NCBI GenBank assembly: GCA_024704765.1
Contig: JAKMXF010000266.1
Span: 186,001 to 250,000 of the forward strand
Direction of reading: 5' to 3'
Length of the DNA: 64,000 nucleotides
Source: Oopsacas minuta
Taxonomy: Eukaryota; Animalia; Porifera
How positions within the stretch are numbered: position 1 is the stretch's first letter; every line of letters starts with the position of its first letter. Below, piece after piece: positions 36,447 to 48,944 of the stretch. The translations under genes and the position numbers were made by a program. The notes under the pieces are model-generated. The model did not search any database. It had not been told where the DNA came from and saw only the letters and a program-made list of their open reading frames with translations.

Positions 36447-39400
36447 ATGGCAACGGGCAGTTCTGGTACCAATGAATCTGGCATGGAGCAACGATTTGAG
36501 GTATTTATATACTATTTACAATGATGTGTAACAATCTTAACCGATTACGGTCGAATTCTACCTTGATAGTGAAAAGGAACACCAAAATTTTACCACTTTG
36601 TTTTAAACAATTCCCGCACCAAAACGAGATTTTAGCACCTAGCACCTTCTTGAAGTTATAAAATAACACATTTTCCCAGCCGTATTCGGTTAAGTTTATG
36701 AATTTAATTATTTTGGCCCATCTAATCTGGCATGTAATGCATTCCATAGGATATCCAGCTGTTTTCAACAGATCAACAAGATGGAGAAGCTGGAGTTTAC
36801 ATTGAAATTGATACAGATTATCTTGAGTCCCAGAACGAAGATGATATTCCCGATTCCGACTTCCCAGAAGAGAATATTTCATCGCTTGAAGAGAATTTAG
36901 ATACTTCTTTCCAGGTATCAAGTAATTCTTCTATTTTTGATATTTCAAAATATTTTTCACCATATTCTAAGGGTTGTTCAAAAGATGCTAAAGGTTGGTT
37001 ATCAATATTATTTGCCTTGGTTCATCACCTTTAGATTTGACACACATTACGTATTTAGGTTATATTGAATTATCAGAATTACTTACCAATCAAAAGGATC
37101 TTCTAAATCTGAAGCCCATTGGGCAAACTCACCACATATCTGGTATAAATATACAAAAAGGAGATGTTGAAAAAATCGACACATCCAATTTGTTGAATCT
37201 GCTGGATGTCATGCTTAGGAAGATTATCCTCGTGGATCATTCAAGTCGTGAAATTTCTATTGAATCCCCATCTACCGAAATTGATTCTTCTAGTACAAGT
37301 GAGAATTTTTGGGATTCAATGGGTGGGCCACAGATTGAACTAAATACACAGATATACCCAATGGATGTATTTTTGATTCTTTATCTTTCCGCAGACCCTC
37401 TATTTCAACGAAAAATATTGCAAAAACTAGCAAAATGCAAACTCTCATTGCCCCTAATAATTTCTGATCCATCAGCATGTCAACCTAAAATATTTGCTTT
37501 TCCGTTCCAATCTCTTTCTAGTGAATGGAAGAAAGATGCAGGCGACGAGAAAGCAAGAGAATCCATATTATTTAATGAGCCGATGCCAATAATTAGCTTT
37601 ATTCGATTTGGAAAGCACTCATCAGACAAATTTTCCAAATCTAAAATTCTCAACAACATCCTTGGGTTTAATCATGACTGCTTTATCCATCGCAATAGTC
37701 CTGGAAGTACAAAATCTCGTGTTCTATTTAATGGGACAGTAGAGCTTGCTTGGTTTCTTCCAAAAAGGGGTGACGAAAATAGGTTTGCTAACCCAATTAC
37801 TTTTCTAAATTTGAGGGGCAATGCAGCTGAACATTTGAAACAATTAAATTTCATACAACTATTATCTAATAAGATATTTCTTATTTTATGGTCTGATGAC
37901 ATGCAAGAAAGTGAAATTGAATCGCTGAAAGAGCTATATAATAAAGCGGGGGATAAAATTGTATGTTTGTTCCCCAGTTTTACTCAGGAAGCCAAAAAGA
38001 TTATACAATCATGCCCAAATGTAAAAGGAGATAATAAACATGCGGTTATGTTAGGAAAAGGAAATTTAGCAGCAGATACTACTGCTTTGTGTCGTTTAAT
38101 CGATCTCCACTCTCAAGATCCTTCTGAGAAATTGTGCTCATTAGCTGAGCATATTGATCAAATTAACCACGGACTGGAAATAGACTGTAACGAATTGTAT
38201 TTCAAGGAAGCTGAACTTGAAATTGATTTATATACGAAACCATTACTGATTGACTCGGATCAATACTGTACAAAAGCCCTTCGTCATATAAAAGATACAT
38301 ATCTGGTGCTTCAGGGTAAACATTGGGAAGATTGGTGCAAGTTTCATACAGAAGGGTACCGTTTGAAGAATTTGGATAATGTTAATCTGGAGGAGTATAG
38401 GAGCCAACTACGTACTCAAATGAATGAGTGTAGGAACGCACAAATCGATATTTTGAATAATATTAATAATATGAAATTCCTCTATGAAATTTTAAAAATA
38501 TGTAGGTTTAGTTTCATCAAACCATTTTACTCCGAACTTTTCTGGAATAAATTACAACTTTCTCTTGATAGGATATGTGCAGAGCATTTACCAGCACTCT
38601 ATGAAGAGCATAATATGATATCAAAGCTTAAGAATATACGTGGTCACGTCGAATCTAACCCATCTAGTCCTTATGCAAATCTCACTCAAGCTCAACTAAA
38701 AACTGAATTCCACAAGTCAGCAAGGAATCTTAGCAAATCCTCTCTTGGTATGGAGCATATATTTCGTGAATTATCCCAAGTATTTGAAGCTTATTCATCA
38801 GCTTCTGCTGAACAAAGAAAATCATTGGATCAAAAGTTGCCAATTGATATAAATAATTTACCAATATTCGCAGCAAACTTTCTACTCCAGGGCTACCCAC
38901 TAGAAATTCTAGATGGAGACGTATCCCATGTGCCAACTGTGTGGCTATCTAAGGTATTGGAACATCTCAAGATCATTATAGGGAATAAACTTATTTATGT
39001 CGTGTCAATCCTCGGTGTTCAAAGCAGTGGGAAAAGTACTTTACTGAATACAATGTTTGGATTGCATTTTGCTGTATCTGCTGGTCGGTGTACTAAGGGT
39101 ATTTTCATGCAAATGATTCCAGTTAGTCCTGATTTAGTTGACTCACTTGGTTACGATTACTTGGTAGTCCTCGACACTGAAGGATTGCGAGCTCCAGAGT
39201 TGGATAATGAGGTTAACAGATTCCATGATAATGAGTTAGCCACTTTTGCAATTGGGCTGAGTCACTTGACTATTATCAATATCATGGGCGAGAACCCAAC
39301 TGATATGGAGGACATTCTTCAAATCACTGTTCATGCATTTTTACGCATGAATCTAGCTTGGATTAAACCGCGTTGTATTTTCGTCCACCAAAATGTCACT

Positions 39401-41932
39401 AGTGTAAGTTCTGTGGAATTGCTAGCTCCTGTAAGGAATGCTCTAATTTCAAAGCTTAATGAAATGACTGAGGCAGCAGCCAAGCATGAAGGCCTTTGCT
39501 ATAAATACTTCTCTGATTTAATCCAATTTAATCCCGAACAAGACGTTTACTATTTTCCAGGACTATATATAGGAAGCCCTCCTATGGCGCCAATAAACAT
39601 CGAATACAGTTTGGAATCTTCAAAATTAAAATCAAATATACTGAAAATGTTCACACAATCCCCAAATATAAAGGGTAAGAAGATTTCTTCATTTATAACC
39701 AGTATCAATCAACTTTGGACTGCCATTTTACATGAAAATTTTATTTTTCATTTCAAGAACATTCAGGAAGTGAATGCACAACGGGAATTGGATTATGCTC
39801 TAACTGAATGGTACTATAATTATAGCCAAAAGGTCTATGAATGCCAAATAGAAACATTCGCTCGTTTGTCCAACGCAACAGATATTACGATACCGATTCA
39901 TGACCTTGAAGAAAGTATCCAACACTTGTGTGATGTGTCATATAGAGAGGAACAATCTAGGATCATTCATGATTTCTTCGAAGTTGGTGACAAAGTGGAA
40001 TTATTTGATCAATGGGAGAGTAAAACGAAGCACCATTTTGAAGAGTCAAGGAAAAGTTTGCAAAAAGAATTAATTTATAAATGTCGAACAGAGTACGATT
40101 TAATTTTGAATCAAAACCGGTTATCTAAAAAGATCAGAGAAACTGAAAGTTCTCTTGTAGTGAAAGTGAAAGAATTTCTAAAGGATACTCATCATTCACA
40201 AAACTTTGATGATAATACTATCAATAATAATTTTGAAAGGTTTTGGCAACAATGGTTGAGTTCTCTAAATATTCAGCAGCCACAAATTCAAAATTCTAAT
40301 ATTCCATGTGACTTATACGACTATTTCAACAGTACCCTTAGGTATACTCGCACTCGATCATCCTTTCTCAATCACATCAGAGATTATAATAAATATATCC
40401 AGGTAGGTAAGAAATTTTATTTTCGTAAAAACCATATACGATTACTCGGAAACTATGATGTGACGAGTGAATTATATCCTCCCTTATTCAGTGCTCTTTT
40501 AAAACGTGATATTCGACATCTTGATTACAATGCGAAAAAACTATACTACTCAATTATGAACCACCTTACAACCATTTCTCAATACTGCAAACATTTTATT
40601 TCACACCTCCCACAAAATTCTAACTATGATAAGAATTATTTCAGCCAATTAAGTAGACTTATTTGTGAAAATATCGAGGAAATAAACGAGCAAGAATCTT
40701 ATGACAATCGAATTGCAATCGAATTTACTGATCTTTTTAGAAGAGACTATGAATTCTACCACTGTTGCAAAGCAATACCTGCTTTTTCCAATCTACAAAA
40801 AAATTATATAGAAAGTTATTGTATTCAAACGCAATTAGCAACTTTGAAAGAAAAATATTTTCTTACATTTAAGAACTCCATAAAAGCGTCACAAAATGAG
40901 AAAGCATGCTCCGAACATTTAGCAGACATTGTTCTAGGAGGGATGAGAGCATATCTTGTTGCAATTCTGAACAAAATTGCAGTTGATCAATTCTTATTTG
41001 CTAACCATGATCTTGTCAGGAGCAAAGGTACTATTCAACTCTCAATTTTGAAAGGTTTAATTAATGCTAGGCATCAAATCTTTAGCAAGTACCTCCACTA
41101 TATTCGAAATCCTAATAAATGCATCAATAATTGGTTCCGAACTCAATTTTTCAATTATTCAAACCTTTCCACTTCTCTGAATCGCATTCTTCGAAAATTA
41201 CAACTACAGATTAATGCATCACTTGATTGTTTCATACGAGCAGCTAGATCATCTATGCATGTTTCATCTTGGCATAATTGGAAAATCACTTTCCAATCTA
41301 AAATTTACAACCGAGTTTACAATTTACCATTCCATAATTTCACAGTACTAGATAGTTATGATGTTGAGAATTTTGGTCATCTGGTTACGTTTTTCGAGAA
41401 GGCTATTAACACAAAATCTCAAGATTATAATTGGTTAAATTGGATCAAATCGAATATATCAGAATATTGCGACCCACTAAAACAAATCATGAAAACTAAG
41501 TTAGAATGTACAGCTATGTGTCCATTTTGTCGAGAACCATGCCAATTAAGTGTTGGGAACCACAAGAAACACTATTGTGGTTCATTGCATAGAGTGGATG
41601 CTGTTAATGGAGGCCGTGAATGCGATTCCGCGATGATGTTCAACTATGAATGTACAGTTTCTGTGCGAGATGGTAACACATTTGTACGTAATGGGGTATG
41701 TTATTCTTTTTCCGAGATGCATAAAGCTGGAGCTCCATATAATACATGGACTATCCTTGCAGACGATGCTTTAGAATCGAAATATTGGCAATGGTTCACT
41801 TGTAATTTTGAAAAGAAGTTGATAAAACATTATGGTTACATTTCTAATCCAAATATTAGATTTTGGAGGAATATTACTAAGCAGCAAGTTCTCCAAGATA
41901 TGGATCAACATTATCAACAATTTGATGTCTAA
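36447..41932 (+). CDS. Interferon-induced very large GTPase (GVIN/VLIG, URGCP-like), copy 1; exons 36447-36500, 36750-36993, 37059-41932, about 1723 aa
   Basis: P-loop SILGVQSSGKSTLLNTMFG, SAGRCTKG, VLDTEGLRAPE, FVHQNV, and C-terminal CPFCREPC...HYCGSLH. Splice phases 0 and 1 reconstruct an open frame, and the last intron position matches copy 2. Confidence 0.88.
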
Positions 41933-42232
41933 TATTGTGTGTATGGTTTGTTTTACTTAAGTTGGTGCTCATTTCTATACTATCTAGTTTTTGTATTTTT
42001 CTATTCGGCTCTTTATAGTTATAGTAGTATACATGCTTTCGAATTTGTAGATAACTACTATCGAAACTATAGAATATTTTGTTTTTCTATTTCCCAATAA
42101 TTATAATATATACATTCAACAGGGATTCTAACTTCACCGTGATTTTCTAGCGTAATTCATCGATATCCATTAATATTAAATTTATTGAATCCAATATTTA
42201 CAGTATAGTTTGAATACATAATATTTGGCAAC

Positions 42233-43027
42233 ATGTCAAAATGCGAAGATGTTCTCTCAAAAAATGTTGTTGAGGCAGACAAATCAGCGAAAGTACAAAG
42301 AAAGCGTAAGTCCTGTGCTGATGAAGATATGAGTGACCATGAAGACGAAGTGGAAAAGGTTGAAAATCGTCCCAAAATGTTGACGCAGACAAAACCATGT
42401 CAAAATGTGGAGATATTCCATCAGAAAATGTTGACGCAGACAAAACTACGGGAAAAAAACGTAAGTTCTGTACTGATGAAGATATGAGTGACCATGAAGA
42501 CGAAGTGGAAAAGGTTGAATCGTCCCGAAAGAAAGCCAAAATTGAATCTTTTGTGACAGTGTTAGACGGAGGTATGGGAAGAGAATTAGATGTCAACTAT
42601 CCAGATCTAGATTTCAAAGATATTTGGAGTGCTGCGCATTTGCTAAACCAGCCAGGATCTGTCTATCATGCTCATTTGTCATTCATCAGTGCTGGGGCTG
42701 AGGTAATCACAACCAGTAACTATGCTTGTGTCCCAGCTTTCCTTGCAAAAATGGATATCACTGATAAAATGTATGACTTGATAAAAGTTTCAGGAGAGCA
42801 AGCACAAAAGGCTAAAATATCATTTGAAAATTCTTCCAGCATTAGAGTCGCGGGATCAATTCCTCCCTATGGATTCAGTTACATGGGCATGAAGATCCCT
42901 GATAATTCTGAGATTATATCAAGTTACGCTAAGATTGCTATCCATACATTGACAAATTTCTATGCGAGACTATGTCTAGCATTGACGAGGCTGTAACTGC
43001 ACTGAGTGGTGTGCAGACTGCTAAAAA
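42233..43027 (+). pseudogene. Truncated, frameshifted copy of the homocysteine S-methyltransferase gene
   Basis: Near-identical to 48945ff. It has a 10-nt deletion at 42940/42941 (GTGTATTATA, = 49807..49816 of the intact copy), homology ends at ~43027 before the Zn-binding Cys residues, and the start region is duplicated (ATGs at 42233 and 42397). Confidence 0.88.
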
Positions 43028-43401
43028 CATATTGAAATATTAAATACGTACATACATTTATCTATTTTGCCGTCATTGACATATATGTCTAAATGTTCAA
43101 CAATTGTGGACGAGTTTAGTCATCTGTCTAACCGTCTGTAACTAGTGCTAAATAAACTTCCATAGAGTTAACCATTGAAATTCTAGCTATGCTATCTTAA
43201 TCCGTACTTTGCTATTGACATTAGGGCGTTGTGTCTAAATATGTCAAATTATGAAAATTAGTTAAATTATATGCGCCTAATAGAATATATTACAGATCTT
43301 AGCCGTTCGATATTAATTTTCAACCCATAATTCACTATATAATTGTCTTGCATAATATCTTCTTCATTACAAAATTTAATTTTATACATTAGCATCTAAC
43401 T

Positions 43402-46400
43402 ATGGCGAGTTCTCATGCTGAATCTGATGGCCAATTTCCTGGAACTGTGATAGAACCTGGTTCGGAAGCTGATACTACTAAAATTCCAATAAATCCCGAA
43501 GATACAAGTTTTCTAGAAGGTGATGAAAATGATATATCTACAGAGGCTGAAGATTTGTCTGTTGTTTGTGAAGAGACTTCTGTAATTAATCCAGAAACAG
43601 TTGAATCGTCCCAACAAATCGAATTTAATATATCTCAGTTAAATTCACCTCATTTTAAGAATTGTTCCGTTCAAGCTAAAGGTAAGTTAGCGAATTAATA
43701 TAGAATTTTCTTTTTAACATTTTTACTTCGCGACTTTTATTCTTATGATTAACTATGTTTAGGTTACATTGAATTACATGAACTCCTAAATTTGGACCAA
43801 AATCAAATGCTTCTAGGATTGACCCACTACATTTCCGGTATTAGCATTAAAAGGCAGGACATTGATACCAGAATTCCCCATAGTTTGGCTAATTTGACTC
43901 AAGTTATGCTGCAAAAGATAATCCTTGAAGATGCATCAAGTCGTAAAATTGACATCCCAGAATTCGTACAAGACTTGCCTCCCGTTCCTGCAAGCGATGA
44001 TCTTGATAGTTTTTTCGATTCAATCGGTGGAGAAGCAATTACAGAGACAGGTAGAGAAATTCATCCAATGGATATTTTTCTTCTTCTTTATCTCTCAATT
44101 GATCCTCTATTTCAACGGAAAATACTAAAAAAACTAGACAAATGCAAACTTTCTCTACCCTTAATTGTCCTTGATCCATCAACTTGTCAGCCTAAGATTT
44201 TTGCTTTTCCATTCCGATCCCTTTCAAGTGAATGGAAGAAAGATGCTGAGAACGAGAAAGCGAGAGAATCCATATTATTTAATGAACCAATGCCGATTAT
44301 CAGTTTTATTCGATTTGGTAGGCATTCATCGAACGAATTTTCAAAGTCTAAAATCCTCAATGACATCCTTGAGTTTGACCATGACTGTTTTCTTCATTGT
44401 AATAGCCCAGGAAGTACGAAATCTCGTCTGTTATTGGACGGCACAGTTGAACTATCTTGGTATCTGCCACGTAACAAGGCCAAAGGCACGAATGCCATTG
44501 CCAATCCTATAACTTTTTTAAATTTGAGAGGTAATGCTGCGCAGCACCTCAAACAGCTTAAATTCCTTCAAACAATTTCTAACAAAATATTTCTTTTTTT
44601 CTGGTCTGACGGCATAAATGAAACTGAGATAGATTCACTGAGAAATCTCTACGATAAATCAAGTAGTAAAATTGTGTGTGTATTTCCTGCTTTAACTGCT
44701 GATGCAAAACAGATACTTAAGTCTTGTCCAAATGTGAAAGCTGACAAAGAACATACCATTGTCTTAGGAAGAAGTAACTGGTCCAAAGATATAGATAATT
44801 TTTGCGGCCTAATTAATCTACATTCTCAGAATACCCCAGTAGAAGATTTGTGTTCGTTAGCTACTCATGTATTTGAATGTGACCATGGCATAGATTTGGA
44901 TTGTAACGCATCTTACATTAAGGAAACAGAAGCTGAAATATGTTTAATTTTGAAGCAGTTGATAGCTGATTCCAATCAAACAACCAAAGATCCAATGCGT
45001 TTCATTAAGGAGAAGTATTTTCCATTGCAAAGTAAACCCTGGGAAGACTGGTCAAAATACTATGCAGAGTCTATTCGATTGAAAAAGCGAGGAGATCAAA
45101 ATATAGAAAAATACAAGAGTGAATTGAGAGATAAAATGAACGAATGTAGGCAATCACAAATGGATCATTTACTTGATAAAACTAGATCTAATTTTCTTTA
45201 CGAGCTTCTTCGGATATGTAACTTAAGTTTTGTCAAACCTTTCCACACTGAGCTCTTATGGAATAAATTAGGACTTGAACTAAATGCAATCTGTGGTGAA
45301 CAAATGCCTGCTCTTTATCAAGCACATAAAGATATTTCTAAAGTTCTTCATTCGTCTTTAGCTGATGATCTCAATAAAAAAGAACTTCGCAAACTTGAGA
45401 ACGATTATCTAGAATCTGCCAAGAACTTAAGTAAATCCTCATTGGGTATTGAGCATATTTTTCGAGAATTTTCCCAGGTTTATGAGTCGTTTATACAAGC
45501 TTCTCTCAAACAACGGGAATGCATAAATACAAATTTTGGCATAGATTTTTGCCTATTACCAAAGTTTGCTGCTAACATCCTCGTTCAAGGTTATCCAATT
45601 GAGATTCTAGATGGGGATGCGTCACATGTACCAATTGTATGGCTGTCTCAAGTGTTGCATGAGTTGGAAACGAAAATAGGAAATAAACGTTTATATATAA
45701 TCTCAATCCTTGGAGTTCAGAGTAGTGGCAAGAGTACCTTACTTAATACTATGTTTGGCTTGCACTTTGCTGTTTCAGCTGGACGTTGTACCAAAGGGAT
45801 ATTTATGCAGATGATACCAGTCGCTGAGGATATAATTGATACACTTGGTTATGACTATCTAGTTGTTCTTGATACAGAGGGATTACGTGCACCAGAATTA
45901 GACTCTAAAACTAGCAGATTTCATGACAATGAACTCGCGACTTTCGCTATTGGACTTAGTCATTTGACAATAATTAACATCATGGGCGAAGCTTCCACTG
46001 AGATTGAAGATATCCTGCCAATCGCGATTCACGCATTCCTTCGAATGAAACTGACATGGATTAAGCCCAAATGTGTGTTTGTTCATCAAAATGTCACTTC
46101 AATAGGTTCTAACGAAAAACTGGGCCCAGCCAGGGCCGCGTTAATCCATAAACTCAATGAAATGACTTGTGCTGCTGCCAAGCTCGAGAATAAATCATCC
46201 ACGATTAAACGTTTCTCTGACCTGATTGAGTTTCACCCCGATGAAGATGTATTGTATTTCCCAGCTTTGTTTCGAGGTGATCCACCAATGGCTCCTGTAA
46301 ACTCTTCCTATAGTGCTAATGCATTCGATCTCAAGCTTAGGATACTGCAAATACTCAAACTTAATCTCTCATTCAAACCAAAATCTATATCTTCTCTGAT

Positions 46401-48642
46401 AACAAGTATTACACAGTTATGGGCCGCTATACTTAATGAAAACTTCGTTTTCCATTTTCAAAATGTTCAAGAAATTAATGCTTCTCGGGAATTAGACAAT
46501 GCAGTTAATATGTGGCAATTTGAATTCTCTAAGAAAATCTCTACTTGGCAAATGGGTGCTCTGAATCAGTTATCAAATTGTAGTGTTATTTATCAAACGT
46601 TGCAAGAACTTTTTGAAGATCTTAATCAAGTCTCCCTGGAGTTTTGTAGAGAAGAGGAGTATAAAATTATTGATGATTTTTTTGATCCCGCAAATCCTAT
46701 GTATGATATCTTTAGCCAATGGCAACAAAGAACAGTCGAAAATTTTAAATACACAAGGGAAAAACTTAGAAATCTTACTAACGAGAAGTGTAAGAAGGAA
46801 GGGGAATCAATTGAGAACCATCGGAAGCTGTTAGATGGCTTCGATAAAATCGAGAGTAAATTGATACAATGTACAAAGGTTTTTTTCGAAAATCATAAAG
46901 ATTCGGAATCGCTTGTTTCTAAACAAAAAATACAGGAGAGATTTGATGGCATTTGGGCTGAATGGGTTGCCTCTCTTGGCATTAAAGAGATTGCCATCGA
47001 AAAAAGAAATGTTAGCGAGGATTTATATCGATTATTGTTTAACGATTGGACTGAATTCACTCGTTTTCGTTATCTTAATAGGCAAGCTATTTACTATGAA
47101 TACAAGGGTTTCAAAGATATTGGGATGGATTATTTTTATATTGAGCATGACCATTTTACTTTACATTATCACCATCGTACTATCGATTACTTCCCATATG
47201 TGTGGAATGCACTGCTTAGAAGAAAAGGTCATATTGATAACACTACCAGGGAATTAATTACTACATTTTATGACTATTTAAATTATTTTTCCAAAAAATG
47301 TGATGACATATTTCGCCAATTTGATTTACATCACAACTATAACCCACTTCTCTTTGTTGACATTGCTAAGGAAGTGAAAAAAATTTTACATGGAATAAAT
47401 GTCGATGAACATTCTATTGGCAGCCCTATATACTATGAGTTTTCACCTCTGTTTCAATTTGATATGACATTTTACCAATGTTGCAGAGCAATACCTCATT
47501 TAGAAGAGATTCAAGATAAATTCATTCAGAAATATTCCATTCAATTCCATCTTACTCAATCTAAGGCAAAATTCCATTCAATCTTTCAAAATCTTACTGA
47601 ATCCATCCAAACTGATATGGCATGTGCTGTTCACTTGGCACGAATATTATTGGAAGGCATGACGGCATACATGGTAGACAAATTGAATATATCTGTCGTT
47701 GAAACCTTTTTTCAAGACAATTATCAAAGATTTCGAAATAAAGCTGCAATACAATTCAGTATTCTCGAGGAACTTTGCTTATCTAGAAAGTTTTATCAAC
47801 ATATCAAGTATATTAAACGTCCTAACTACTATATTCGTAATTGGGTATCAGTAAAGTTACAGAATTACATCGAACAATCATATAATTTTGAGAAAATCAG
47901 CAAAAACATGAAAAAGGTTGCAGAATTTCTACAAAAAGATTATATTAGTCATGCAAATGATGCTTTAGATGCGTCCAAGGATTGGGATAATTGGAAATCG
48001 GAATTTCACAAACGGATTTGTAAATACATTAAAGATGTGAGGTTGGTTGATTTAGATATTTTGGACACTTATGCCGTTGAAAACGTTGTTGTAGTATGTG
48101 CTAACTTGAGCGAGCAATTGGAAAAACAAAGTATGAATTTCGGTTGGACACATTGGATCAAATCCAATTTGGGTTATGATGGGCCATTCAACACTCTTAT
48201 GGATAATTTATTGCAGTGTCAGGCCTGTTGTCCGTTATGTAATGAACCCTGTCAGCTAAGTAGTGGGAGCCATGAAAAACATTACTGTGGTTCACTACAC
48301 CGTGTTCCTGCAGTAAATGGCAGACGTAATCCTAGGACTAGAGTGATGTCTATCGATCAGTGCACTATAGGTGTACGTGACGATTTAGTATTTCAAGTTC
48401 ACTGGAGGGAATATCGATTCAGGGAGTTTTACAAAGCCGGATCTGAATTTTGTAAATGGCGGATCTTGGCTGATGATGCAGTCGAATCCATTTATTGGCA
48501 ATGGTTTACATACCAATTTGAATCAGTACTCCTAAAAAGATATAATTATCTTCGTAATCCAGACCTTGGTTATTGGGGGAACTATTCACAACGTGAAGTT
48601 CTCTTGAATCTAAAAGAACATTTTGATTTGATCAGCCCTTAA
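43402..48642 (+). CDS. Interferon-induced very large GTPase (GVIN/VLIG, URGCP-like), copy 2; exons 43402-43681, 43763-48642, about 1719 aa
   Basis: Same GTPase motifs (GVQSSGKS, DTEGLRAPE, FVHQNV) and C-terminal CPLCNEPC...HYCGSLH. Intron 43682..43762 joins in frame (VQAK|GYIELHELL). Confidence 0.88.
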
Positions 48643-48944
48643 GGCTGAAATATAATTAAATATATATTTGTTGATGAACATATTTGATTTTGTTTAGGTC
48701 ATCTTTAGGATATTAGTTGAGTTTTACTCATTAAGAGTTTCTTTAGAAGTTTATGTTTTGTTATCCATAGCTTTGTATTAGCTTATTTCTTGATATTTGT
48801 GATCATAGTGTTTGTTATTTCGTTTATATTGGATATGCTAATTAAGCACTAGGACCTAAGGGGAATATAAGTTGATTGATTAACGAAGTCGAAAGTATAT
48901 TTTATCCATAACAGTATAATTTTTAGTGCATAATAGCTTCTAAC

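Noticed and set aside
36505-36921. 138-aa minus-strand ORF
   Set aside because: It overlaps intron 1 and the reconstructed plus-strand exon 2 (36750-36993) of GTPase copy 1, which is supported by similarity to copy 2.
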